A DNA stretch of 64,000 nucleotides from Bacillota bacterium. GTDB lineage: Bacteria > Bacillota > Sulfobacillia > JAJZYS01 > JAJZLH01. Under the pieces are notes generated by a model. The model was given only the letters and a program-made list of their open reading frames with translations. It was not told where the DNA came from and did no database searches. This document shows positions 17,612-25,723 of this stretch, one piece after another (position 1 is the first letter of the stretch; every line of letters starts with the position of its first letter). Both the position numbers and the translations under genes were made by a program. The stretch is taken from positions 1,953 to 65,952 of the forward strand of contig JAKAUI010000035.1 of NCBI GenBank assembly GCA_021827745.1. The letters run 5' to 3'.

Positions 17612-18582
17612 TCGACGTTTTGGGCATCGGCAAGCGCTACCCGGGGCGCCACGGCACGCTGGCCTTGGAGGGCGTGGATCTCACCCTCGGCGAGGGCGCC
17701 GTGCTCGGCCTGCTCGGGCCAAATGGCGCCGGCAAGACGACTCTGATCAAGATCCTCTCCGGCCTCCTGGTGCCGGACAGCGGAGGGGGCACGGTGCTGG
17801 GCTACGACCTTCTGCGCCAGGCCAGCCGGATTCGGGCCGAGGTCAGCCTGGTGGCGCCGACGGCGGACGTCGGCATCGACAACAACCTCACCGTGCGGCA
17901 GAACCTGGTGTTTTGGGCACCGGTCTACGGGCTGCACGGAGCCGAGGCGCGCCAAAGGATCGACATGCTGCTGGCTCGCCTTGACCTCGAGAAGAAGGCG
18001 GGAGATTGGCCGATGCACATCAGCGCCGGACAGCGGCAGAGACTGGCACTCGCTCGCTCCCTGCTCGCCGAGAACACGCTTGTCTTCCTGGACGAGCCGA
18101 CGAACAAGCTTGACGCCGACGGCGTGCGCTCGGTGCGCGACATGATCCGAGACCTGAACATGAACCACGGGGTCACGGTGGTGCTGACCACCCATGTGAT
18201 GGAAGAGGCCGAGGAGCTGTGTTCCGAGATCATGTTCCTCGAGCGCGGCCAGATCCGCCGCCACGCCCAGACCGACGAGGTGCTGCGCTCGCTCGGCATC
18301 GTCCGTCCCATCCGTCTCGTGCTGGGACTGGCCGACCGGGCCGTCTTCACCCCCCCTGAGCCAACGGCCCTGGCCGCGGCGGAAGACGTGAGCTGGGACG
18401 TGGGTGCGGCGCCAAACGAGGTGTCTGTGACCGTGCGCTCCAGCGATGTGCTGGCGACGACGCCGGCCCTTTTGGCCTGGGTGTTCGGCCAAGGCCACCG
18501 CCTGCTCGGCATGGCGAGCGCACCGGTGACCTTGGATGACGCCTTTGCCACCCTCTCCGCGGCAGGGGAGGCCAAGCCATGA
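17602..18582 (+). CDS. ABC transporter ATP-binding protein (second of pair)
   Basis: GPNGAGKTT, ISAGQRQRLALA, VFLDEPTNKLD. Overlaps the upstream permease gene by 10 nt. Confidence 0.85.
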   Translation: MAVIDVLGIGKRYPGRHGTLALEGVDLTLGEGAVLGLLGPNGAGKTTLIKILSGLLVPDSGGGTVLGYDLLRQASRIRAEVSLVAPTADVGIDNNLTVRQNLVFWAPVYGLHGAEARQRIDMLLARLDLEKKAGDWPMHISAGQRQRLALARSLLAENTLVFLDEPTNKLDADGVRSVRDMIRDLNMNHGVTVVLTTHVMEEAEELCSEIMFLERGQIRRHAQTDEVLRSLGIVRPIRLVLGLADRAVFTPPEPTALAAAEDVSWDVGAAPNEVSVTVRSSDVLATTPALLAWVFGQGHRLLGMASAPVTLDDAFATLSAAGEAKP

Positions 18583-19451
18583 GCGATTTTGTGATGGCGG
18601 TCGAGGAGCAGCCAGCGGGCGTCGTAGGGTTCCTCCGGGCGTCCTTGGCCGCAGCCTGGCTGGAGTTCAAGGCGCTCAGCGTCTTTCCCTCAAACCTGTG
18701 GCTGGCGGCCGCCCAAGAGCTGACCACGGTCGGGGTCTGGTACTTTGTGGCCGCCTTCTTGAGCGTGGCGGCAAACGGCGTCGTCGCAGACTATGGCGGC
18801 AACTACGTGGCCTATGTGCTGGCCGGTGTGCTCCTAAACCAGGTGGGCCTCACCGCTCTGCTCTCGCCCTTCACCACCATCTCCCAGGCCTTCTGGGACA
18901 AGCGGCTGGAGACGTACCGCCTGGCGGTGCAGGGCATCTGGGCGAACGTGATCGGGCGGCTTGGCTGGCAGGTGCTCTTCTCCTCGGTCCTTCAGGTCCT
19001 GGCGGCGATCGCCCTGGTGGCGTTCGGCGCCCTGCACCTGGCGCACCACGTCGACTGGTCCGGCGTGGCTCTGGTCTGGCTGCTCCTCGTAGCGGCCAAT
19101 GCCGGTCTCGGACTGATGGGCGCGAGCCTCTTCTTCCTGCTGGAGGTGAAGAACGGCGAGGACCCGATCACCTGGACCTACCGCTACCTCGTCCAGATCG
19201 TGAGCGGGCTCTATGTGCCGCTCGTCGTGCTGCCCGGCTGGCTGCGCGCTGTGAGCTACGCCCTGCCGCAGACATATGCTTTCGAAGCCCTGCGTCTGCT
19301 CGCCCTCCAGGGTGCGGCCACTGGGGCGTTGCCAGGGGCGATGACCGGCCTTGGCCTCGGAGCGGGCGCCGCCCTAGTGCTCGGCATCGTGATGCTGCGC
19401 TGGGCGCTCATCCGGGCCGAACGCCTCTCCGGGCTCGGCGTGGTCGTCTGA
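18579..19451 (+). CDS. ABC-2 type permease (second of pair)
   Basis: ATGA overlap with the preceding ATPase gene. Multi-TM; LPQTYAFEALRLL parallels IPHTYVFDALRRL of the first permease. Confidence 0.8.
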   Translation: MSDFVMAVEEQPAGVVGFLRASLAAAWLEFKALSVFPSNLWLAAAQELTTVGVWYFVAAFLSVAANGVVADYGGNYVAYVLAGVLLNQVGLTALLSPFTTISQAFWDKRLETYRLAVQGIWANVIGRLGWQVLFSSVLQVLAAIALVAFGALHLAHHVDWSGVALVWLLLVAANAGLGLMGASLFFLLEVKNGEDPITWTYRYLVQIVSGLYVPLVVLPGWLRAVSYALPQTYAFEALRLLALQGAATGALPGAMTGLGLGAGAALVLGIVMLRWALIRAERLSGLGVVV

Positions 19452-19469
19452 GCAGGCCCAAGAGGTGTT

Positions 19470-19535
19470 CTTGCGATCCTGCACCTTTGCCAGGATGCGC
19501 AGCCGCTTCAACTCGTCTCGGGTCACCGTGATCGT
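19470..19535 (-). mobile_element. Very short fragment resembling the N-terminal HTH leader of an ISNCY/IS481-like transposase
   Basis: Minus-strand translation TITVTRDELKRLRILAKVQDRK fits the pattern xTMSxKELxRxxVIxxVxxxK seen at the N-termini of such transposases. It is cut off by the 3' end of the ABC permease gene. Confidence 0.25.
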
Positions 19536-19536
19536 C

Positions 19537-19560
19537 TCCTCCCTCAGGGGAGGACATTTT
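19537..19560 (+). terminator. Weak candidate terminator after the ABC operon
   Basis: TCCTCCC-TCAG-GGGAGGA, followed by CATTTTC. Confidence 0.35.
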
Positions 19561-19591
19561 CACAGACGAATAACAGGCCAGTTGGCCCGCG

Positions 19592-19621
19592 TTGACCCAG
19601 CGCCTCGGCAGTTGCTATGAT
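19592..19621 (+). promoter_or_regulatory. Candidate sigma-70-type promoter for the tRNA pair
   Basis: TTGACC (19592-97), 18-nt spacer, TATGAT (19616-21). It lies about 30 nt upstream of tRNA-Tyr. Confidence 0.55.
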
Positions 19622-19651
19622 GGGCTCCACTCCGGTCTTTCCGGAGCGTCC

Positions 19652-19736
19652 GGAGGGGTACCGAAGTGGCCAAACGGGGCGGTCTGTAAAATCGCTGGCA
19701 TTGCCTTCGTTGGTTCGAATCCAACCCCCTCCACCA
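19652..19736 (+). tRNA. tRNA-Tyr (anticodon GTA), long variable arm, encoded CCA
   Basis: GGAGGGG acceptor; anticodon arm GCGGT-CTGTAAA-ATCGC; T arm GTTGG-TTCGAAT-CCAAC; CCCCTCC-A-CCA. Folded by hand. Confidence 0.9.
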
Positions 19737-19778
19737 CGAACCACGCCGATCTGGCCATAGGCGCCGGGGAGGCCCATC

Positions 19779-19854
19779 GCTGACGTAGCTCAGTCGGTAG
19801 AGCACCTGCATGGTAAGCAGGAGGTCCCCGGTTCGATCCCGGGCGTCAGCTCCA
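19779..19854 (+). tRNA. tRNA-Thr (anticodon GGT), encoded CCA
   Basis: GCTGACG acceptor; D arm GCTC-AGTCGGTA-GAGC; anticodon arm CCTGC-ATGGTAA-GCAGG; T arm CCCGG-TTCGATC-CCGGG; CGTCAGC-T-CCA. Confidence 0.9.
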
Positions 19855-19860
19855 GATTGA

Positions 19861-19891
19861 AACCCGCTTCCCGAAAGGGATAGCGGGTTTT
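19861..19891 (+). terminator. Intrinsic terminator after tRNA-Thr
   Basis: AACCCGCT(19861-68)...AGCGGGTT(19882-89), followed by TT. A-rich upstream, so possibly bidirectional. Confidence 0.6.
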
Positions 19892-20030
19892 GCCATGTCC
19901 AGGGAGCTGACCGTACATAGGGCCAGTAGTGAAAGTAGTTGTGAATCCTGTAGGCGCAGACGCGGCTTTGGTCTCCGGACTCGCGACCGAAAAAGGCCCG
20001 AAAAGGTGTCCCCGAAAGCACCCTATGGCA

Positions 20031-20110
20031 TCTTCTGTCCTTTCCTGGCGGCCTCTTTCTGGTGATTTGGAATCAGCAGGTCGGGGGTTCGAGGCCCTCC
20101 AGCAGATCCA
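20031..20110 (+). other. tRNA-like element (Pro-UGG-like anticodon and T arms, no foldable D arm); possible tRNA pseudogene or att relic
   Basis: Acceptor TCTTCTG/CAGCAGA (6 of 7 pairs); anticodon arm GGTGA-TTTGGAA-TCAGC (4 of 5 pairs); T arm GGGGG-TTCGAGG-CCCTC; then T-CCA. The 21-nt D region does not pair. Confidence 0.3.
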
Positions 20111-20362
20111 GATCGGAACCCGTGTCCCGCAAGCGGTGGTGGACTTTACTATGAGCTTCGTTGAGGGCCGAGAGGAGCGTCCGCCCGCACGGGAACGGGC
20201 AGATTGCGGGACTGGGTGCGGGTGCACGTTGCCTGCTGAATGGTGCTCCGGAGCGCCCTCACCACGGTGGCCGGGGCCACCGGGCAGGACCTCGCTATTG
20301 CCCCAACCACAGTGCCGATCGGGCAGCTCTGTGAGCTCTCCGACCCGAAAACCGAGTTGCGG
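20094..20362 (-). pseudogene. Possible decayed tyrosine-recombinase (integrase) remnant, in several reading frames
   Basis: Minus-strand fragments LGFRVGELTEL (compare TGLRxxEL box I, ending at 20362) and VHHRLRDTGSDLDLLEG (compare HDLRHTFATLLLEAG box II, 20094-20141). They are in different frames, with stops between them. Confidence 0.3.
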
Positions 20363-20476
20363 TCAAGCCTCTCGATGACCGCTCTAGGCGACGGGGAGGA
20401 GTTGGCGCCGGCAAGATACTCGGCAATTAGTAGAGGTGGTGCAGGCATCGTCGGCAGATGAGTTCAGAGGAGGCTG

Positions 20477-20572
20477 TACCCGCACGAGCCCGTGACTCCA
20501 GGCCAGATCGGCCACGGATACGCCGCGGAAGAGAGGTGAAGGTAGTGGTGCGGGTGATTGCGGCGGGAAGCG
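20477..20572 (-). mobile_element. Short fragment resembling an IS3-family OrfA HTH
   Basis: RFPPQSPAPLPSPLFRGVSVADLAWSHGLVRV resembles the xSxEFK...GxSVAxVAxxHGV pattern. No intact ORF. Confidence 0.2.
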
Positions 20573-21042
20573 TTCTGGCCTGGATTGGGTCAACCATCAG
20601 CACCCAAGGGCCGACTCCTCCGCGCTCGTCGCCCTTGAACTCTTCGCCGGCGACGGGAAGCGTGGTCGAGTGCGTCATCATGGTTGCACGCCAGCCGTCC
20701 TCGCCACCCGGCCTGTCAGCGATGATTCCGCTGCCCTGAGCCTCCGGCCTGCAGTGCCTCCTCGGCATCGCGATCTTCGCCGGACGAAGGGACCTGGTCC
20801 GCGCCTGTGCGTTCCTGCGCAACTGCTGACCACGAAGGGCCGTGCTGGCAAGCAGCTGGCAGCCGGCAGGGTCGGCCGTGCCGATCTTGGACGAGGTCGC
20901 TCGCCTCCTGGAGCGGACAAGGGATGACGGGCGGCGCCCGCCGACCGGCCGCCTCCGACGCCACGACGCGCCAGCTCCGCTGGAGCCTGGTATCAGCGCT
21001 TGACAGCGGATCGGCGCGCCCCCACTATAGGTCTTGTAGACA

Positions 21043-21063
21043 TAGGTAGGATAGACCTACCTA
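21043..21063 (+). promoter_or_regulatory. Palindromic candidate PadR operator next to the RBS, with a possible TTGACA -35 at 20999-21004
   Basis: TAGGTAGG(21043-50)-ATAGA-CCTACCTA(21056-63), a perfect 8-bp inverted repeat. A second small palindrome, GTCT-TGT-AGAC, lies just upstream (21031-41). Confidence 0.5.
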
Positions 21064-21076
21064 GGGAGGTGGCGAC

Positions 21077-21595
21077 CTGTCCGCAGACATCTTCATCCTT
21101 GGTCTTCTTCGGCGGGGTCCACGGCACGGATACGAGATCAGGCGACAGGTAGACAAGCTGTTCGGGGGGGTGTACCAGGTGACGAACAGCCAGCTATACC
21201 CGGCACTGGCGCGCTTCCAGGAGATGGGGGCGGTCGAGCGGGAGGTGGTGGTGCAGGTGGGACGTCCCGACAAACACCTCTACCGCCTCACCTCGGTCGG
21301 GTCTGAGGTCCTCCACGCTCTGCTCGTGGACTTCACGGCTGAGACTGCCAGGCGGGAGACCGAGTTTTATGTCCGTGTCGCCCATTTTGATCTGCTGACA
21401 CCGGCCGAGCGGATGGTCATCCTAGGACGGCGCCGCGACGTCCTAAGCCTGAGGATCGAACGGATCGCGTCGTGGCCAGCAGAGCGGGCAGACGGCTATG
21501 TCGGGGAGCTCGGGCGATTGCGGGCGCGCACCCTGGAATTGGAGCGGGGGCAGATCGAGGCATGGCTGGTGAGGGAGTCGCAGCCTGCGCACTGA
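21077..21595 (+). CDS. PadR-family transcriptional regulator; the homologous N-terminus extends upstream of the first ATG/GTG/TTG (probable CTG start)
   Basis: The ORF track starts at GTG 21170, but the same frame is open from the stop at 21062. It encodes LSADIFILGLLRRGPRHGYEIRRQVDKLFGG, the canonical PadR winged-helix N-terminus. GGGAGG (21064-69) lies 7 nt before CTG 21077. Confidence 0.7.
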   Translation: MSADIFILGLLRRGPRHGYEIRRQVDKLFGGVYQVTNSQLYPALARFQEMGAVEREVVVQVGRPDKHLYRLTSVGSEVLHALLVDFTAETARRETEFYVRVAHFDLLTPAERMVILGRRRDVLSLRIERIASWPAERADGYVGELGRLRARTLELERGQIEAWLVRESQPAH

Positions 21596-21599
21596 GACG

Positions 21600-22310
21600 G
21601 TGACCGGAGGGATCTTCTTGGACGAGAGAGCAGTCCGCCGAGCCAGGCTTCTCAGTGCCGTCACGTTGGTGTGTTGTGCCGTCTATGTCGCAGTGGACGT
21701 GGTGGCGCAAATCCTGCCCCCTCACTACAGCCCCATCCATCAGGCGGAGAGCGACCTCGCCGTCGGGCCGTACGGGTTTCTCATGAGCTTGAACTTCCTC
21801 CTACGCGGCGTGCTGACCGTCTGCCTGCTCTCGGCTTTGGCGATGCTGGTGCCCGTGCAGCGCCGATCTTGGGTCGGGATGATCAGCCTTGGTGTGTGGA
21901 GCGTGACGTCGGCGCTACTGGCCGTCTTCCCCACGGACATCTTGGACGATCCCCGGCTCGTCCCTCATCCGCACCCCACCATCCATGGGGAGATCCATCT
22001 GACGCTGGCCACCCTGGGCTTTGTCGCCGCGGCGCTAGGGGCCGTGCTGCTGTCTCGGTCGCTGCGACGGGTACGAGACCTCGCCCCAGGCGTCTTCACA
22101 CGCGCCGTGGCCTGGCTCAGCCTGGCTGGCTTGGCGGTGCTTCCGCTGTCAGCTGTCGTCGACCACGCTGGCGGTCTGGGAGAGCGATTCTTCCTCGCAG
22201 CCGTGCTGGCGTGGACGGCAGCGACGGCACTGACCGCCTATCGAGCCGCCGGCACGCGGCTTTCGGGCGGAAGGGGCGAGACCCTTGGCGCACCAAGCGG
22301 CACAGGCTAA
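21600..22310 (+). CDS. DUF998-family integral membrane protein
   Basis: 236 aa, about 6 TM segments. LLSAVTLVCCAVYVAVDVVAQILPPHYSPIHQAESDLAVGPYGFLMSLNF is typical of DUF998. It starts 5 nt after the PadR gene's stop. Confidence 0.65.
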   Translation: MTGGIFLDERAVRRARLLSAVTLVCCAVYVAVDVVAQILPPHYSPIHQAESDLAVGPYGFLMSLNFLLRGVLTVCLLSALAMLVPVQRRSWVGMISLGVWSVTSALLAVFPTDILDDPRLVPHPHPTIHGEIHLTLATLGFVAAALGAVLLSRSLRRVRDLAPGVFTRAVAWLSLAGLAVLPLSAVVDHAGGLGERFFLAAVLAWTAATALTAYRAAGTRLSGGRGETLGAPSGTG

Positions 22311-22319
22311 GAGACGGTG

Positions 22320-22416
22320 GTGGCGGAACCAGTCCCGTCCTTCGTGCAATCTCCCGGATGCCGAGTCCCTGGCGCTCCATCAGGTGGATGTCCAAAAGCT
22401 GCCCACCTCCGAGCAT
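22320..22416 (-). mobile_element. Fragment of an IS21-family (IstA-like) transposase N-terminal HTH
   Basis: LLDIHLMERQGLGIREIARRTGL matches the IstA pattern (xIRRLxxxGxSIRxIARxLGxSRNTV). It is truncated where the DUF998 gene ends. Confidence 0.4.
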
Positions 22417-22424
22417 TTGCCACC

Positions 22425-22489
22425 TCCGCCCTTAGCTCAGGTACGGAGAGGCTTTCTTGGGGGTGCGTGATTTTTCATCCGCCCTTAGC
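22425..22489 (+). repeat. 12-bp direct repeat TCCGCCCTTAGC, two copies
   Basis: Copies at 22425-22436 and 22478-22489, between the IS21-like and IS256-like fragments. Confidence 0.5.
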
Positions 22490-22669
22490 GGGTGACTTTA
22501 CGACCGGCCGTGACAGGGTTCCGGAAAAGACGAAAATGACGTCGCATGGAACCGGCTCGACTTCCGGAGTTCGTGTCTCAAGAGTAGGTGAAAAAGCGGG
22601 AGGCCGGTCGGCACCTTCTGGAGGACGCAAGGTTCATGAAGACGGCCACCTCGGGGTCTCCTGAGCGAT

Positions 22670-23200
22670 GTGCGACCAGCGCTGGGGGGGACCGAAGTGG
22701 CCGATGCGCTGAGCACGGCGTTGCTGGAGCTCTTGCCCAGCCCGGAGCATCAAGGTACGGAGTCGTTCCTGCAGCAAGCGGTGAAGAGGATGGCGCAGGC
22801 GGCGATCGAGGCCGCGCTGGAAGGTGCGGTCGGAGCCAAGCCGTACGAGCGGACGGTCTCCTTGCGCTGCCTCAGTCAGGAGTCGATGGCCACGGCAATC
22901 GGGACGCGGCAGCCTGCCCTCTGGGCAGTCGAGGAGGTGATGGCGGAGGCTGTGTGACCCGGAAACCCCGGAGCACTTTTACACCTCTTGCCGAGACATG
23001 ACCGGAGTGACGGGCAGAGGCCGTCTCGGCCCGGCGAATGCCGAGAGGAGGCGGGCAGTCGCTTGCCATCGAACTCAAGTCAGCAGCTCGATCGCGAGCT
23101 GCCACCAGTCCAGGACGCGGGGACGACCCCTGCGGCCGGCGGCGCACGCCGATTCGGAGGCGAGAGTCTGACTTCTTGGCCGTTCCATGAGAACCGTGAT
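22670..23200 (+). pseudogene. IS256-family (mutator-type) transposase remnant: N-terminal third only, several frameshifts
   Basis: Frame 1: ALLELLPSPEHQGTESFLQQAVKRMAQAAIEAALEGAVGAKPYERT. Shifted frames: DGHGNRD...VTRKPRSTFTPLAE (compare RNGxRxR...IPKLRxGSYFPxxLE) and SRLPSNSSQQLDRELPPV (compare SKSxVSRLxxxLDxEV). No DDE core is present. Confidence 0.55.
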
Positions 23201-23258
23201 TTAGACGGAGCCGAGGCTCTGCGGTGCCGAGCACGAGACGTGTTCAGACGGTGCCTTG

Positions 23259-23792
23259 ATGACGCCTCGCAGGCCCTTGCATCAGATGGGCGGTAGGAGG
23301 GGCGCCTCACGCCCGACTCGGCCACATAGGGCCGCGATCGCGTTGCTCGGGATACCCTTGCTGCTCGTGCTGCTTGCGGGATGCTCAGGGACTCAAAGCA
23401 GCACTCAATCGGACATATCGGTCTTGCGAACGATGTCGCCTACCAACTTCGCTTCAGCCACGGGCAGCCTCGATCTCTTTCTGGCGGCTTGGTTGCAACG
23501 AGACGTCTCCCTGGCCTCTAAGCAGCTGCCTCCGGGCGATCACATGCTGGCGACGCAGCGAGAGCGCTCCGCCTTTTTGGGAAACGGTGGCCAGCCTACT
23601 GGCTACGAACTTATCGGCAGCAAGGCGGTGTCGTCGACAGAGTACGAGTTTGAGGTCTGGCTCTACGTCTACGCCATGGGCCTCTACGGGCCAAAGGCGA
23701 TGGTCACACGCGCTTCGCCCGCTCTGGTTCTTGTGCGAAAGATCGGAGAGCGCTGGTATGTCGCGAGTATGCCAAAGCAGATGAGCCCCTAG
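23259..23792 (+). CDS. Hypothetical lipoprotein
   Basis: Lipobox LLLVLLAGCSG; small globular C-terminal part; no family recognised. Start uncertain (TTG 23256, ATG 23259 or ATG 23286). Confidence 0.6.
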   Translation: MTPRRPLHQMGGRRGASRPTRPHRAAIALLGIPLLLVLLAGCSGTQSSTQSDISVLRTMSPTNFASATGSLDLFLAAWLQRDVSLASKQLPPGDHMLATQRERSAFLGNGGQPTGYELIGSKAVSSTEYEFEVWLYVYAMGLYGPKAMVTRASPALVLVRKIGERWYVASMPKQMSP

Positions 23793-24182
23793 TCTTACGG
23801 TCAAGCAGGGATGTCTTGCAAGAGACCGGTGGGGCAGGCTGACCGCTGAGGAGACGGCGCGCCCGTGAACGACGATCGGCTCCGTCGCCTCATAAAACCC
23901 GGAGGACTCGACATTCTTCGGGAGCGTCGAAAAGGTCAGTAGCGGGAGCGGGTCGCCGCGACATCAAGCGTATTTGCCCTGCCGAATCTACGGCCACGCA
24001 ATAGCTGGTCGCCAGGAACAGGCGGCCGCCGCAGCCGATCTTTCAGGTGGCCCGCTGCCGTGCAGAGGGCCACGACCTCATCCTGCTGACTGCCGAACGG
24101 CGTGCGGCGGGACGGATCCAACAGCGGGCGAACCGTGGAAGCGCTGACATCGCCGTCGGGGTAGGCGAGGGGCGACGTGGCC

Positions 24183-25154
24183 CTATCCGTTCGTGCCCTC
24201 TCGACCGAACCGATCCAGGGCGCCATGCACGTGAGCGTCCATGGCGACACTGCCCTTGTGCCCTGAGTCGTCGACCACGATCAGTTCGGAATCGGGCCAG
24301 GCCTGGGCCAGTTCCCAGGCCGTATCCAGGGGGGCACTCAGATCGAGCCGGCCGTGAACCAAGACGCCGGGGATGCCGATCAGACGTCCAGCGTCTCGGA
24401 GCAGGGCGCCTTCTTTCAGCCAGGCGCCATGGGCAAAGTAGTGCGCACAGATGCGGACAAAGGCCAACCGGCTGGCCGTCGGCTTATCGCTGTAGGGATG
24501 GGGCTTGCCGCTCGGCTCCAAGGAGAGGACAGTATCCTCCCAGGCCGTCCAGCGGACGGCGGCTTCGCCGCGCACGACTGGATCTGGATCTTCCATCAGG
24601 CGAGCGTACGCTGCGACCAGATCACCACACTGCTCGTCCGGGCGGACCCCCGCCCGAAAATCTGCCCACTGCAGCGGGAAAAACCGCCCTACTCCGCGGT
24701 ATAGCCAGTCGATCTCCGACCGTCGGGAGGTGGTGACACCGGCAATGACGACTTCGGAGACACGATCCGGGTGGCGCTCGGCATAGGCGAGGATCAGAGT
24801 TGATCCCCACGATCCGCCGAAGAGCAGCCAGCGGTCGACGCCGAGATGCTCACGCAGCCGCTCCATATCGGTCAGCAGATGTTCCGTTGTGTTGCGGTTC
24901 ATGTCGGTGTCTGGATCGCTGGCGTGCGGGGTGCTGCGGCCGCAGCCACGTTGGTCGAACAAGATGATTCGGTAGCGCCTGGGGTCGAAGGCACGGCGGG
25001 GCCCGATCGAGCAACCGGATCCCGGGCCGCCGTGGACGAAGAGGGCGGCCTTGCCCCTTGGGTTGCCGCAGGTCTCCCAGTAGACCAAGTTGTTATCCCC
25101 GGTATCCAACCAGCCATGGTCATACGGTTCAATCGGCGGATAGGGCGCAGCCAT
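24183..25154 (-). CDS. pip: Prolyl aminopeptidase (proline iminopeptidase), alpha/beta hydrolase
   Basis: ORF trimmed to ATG 25154 (MAAPYPPIEPYDHGWLDTGD...). VHGGPGSG, FDQRGCGRSTPHAS, nucleophile elbow GGSWGSTL. Confidence 0.85.
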   Translation of the reverse strand: MAAPYPPIEPYDHGWLDTGDNNLVYWETCGNPRGKAALFVHGGPGSGCSIGPRRAFDPRRYRIILFDQRGCGRSTPHASDPDTDMNRNTTEHLLTDMERLREHLGVDRWLLFGGSWGSTLILAYAERHPDRVSEVVIAGVTTSRRSEIDWLYRGVGRFFPLQWADFRAGVRPDEQCGDLVAAYARLMEDPDPVVRGEAAVRWTAWEDTVLSLEPSGKPHPYSDKPTASRLAFVRICAHYFAHGAWLKEGALLRDAGRLIGIPGVLVHGRLDLSAPLDTAWELAQAWPDSELIVVDDSGHKGSVAMDAHVHGALDRFGREGTNG

Positions 25155-25318
25155 CTCGTGGCCCCTCTCGGCGCGTAGATCGATCCGGCAACATCGCCAA
25201 TGAGACATTTTTGACGCCTGGATACGAGTGTCCTTGCCGAACTGGATCTGGGGCGATTGGCATAGTCGAGGCGTCCGGACCGATCGCTACCTAAAAGACC
25301 GTGGTCGCGAATGCGACC

Positions 25319-25723
25319 CTAAAAGGGCGATACGAATTGCACTCCCTGGATGGAGCGCCCAGTCGGTCCGTCCTCGCTCAGAATGGTGGAAAGACCGTGC
25401 TCAGCTGCGATCGCCCATACCATTGCGTCCCAGAAGTGGACGTGATGATCCCTGACACAGCCCAGGGCGTCTGCCACGGTGCGCGCCGTGGGATGAAGCA
25501 CGGGCCAGGTGTCGGCCAGTGCCTGGACATCGCGCTGGATCTCATCTGCCGGACGATTGTGGCGGAGAAGGACGGCAGCGAACTCGGACAGTGCCTGGAC
25601 TGGGAGTGCGCCCACCGGACGGATCTCATCTAGGGCGGCTGAGGCTGCGGCCTGATGCGCCTTGTCCGTGTTTACCCCAGCGGCGTACACGAGGATGTTG
25701 GTGTCCACGAGCGTCGTGATCAC
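25319..25723 (-). CDS. vapC: PIN-domain toxin VapC
   Basis: GTG 25723 (VITTLVDTNILVYAAG...). The acidic residues are present: D in LVDTN, E in ALSEFAA, D in HFWDAMV, and SED. GTGA overlap with the vapB stop. Confidence 0.8.
   Translation of the reverse strand: MITTLVDTNILVYAAGVNTDKAHQAAASAALDEIRPVGALPVQALSEFAAVLLRHNRPADEIQRDVQALADTWPVLHPTARTVADALGCVRDHHVHFWDAMVWAIAAEHGLSTILSEDGPTGRSIQGVQFVSPF

Noticed and set aside
23936-24250. 104-aa minus-strand ORF with faint serine-recombinase-like spacing (ARTDRA; DGDVSAS..RPLLD; DEVVAL; GDQLL..R.GR)
   Set aside because: The resemblance rests on a few scattered residues, with too little spacing between the motifs. It overlaps the pip 3' end. It is not supportable without a profile search, so I mention it only as possible further debris.
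25018-25027. 10-nt match (GATCCCGGGC) to the tRNA-Thr T-arm/acceptor, considered as a possible attR for an element integrated at tRNA-Thr
   Set aside because: It is too short, lies inside the intact pip coding sequence, and does not extend into the acceptor stem. It is probably chance in GC-rich DNA. I found no convincing direct repeat of either tRNA 3' end.
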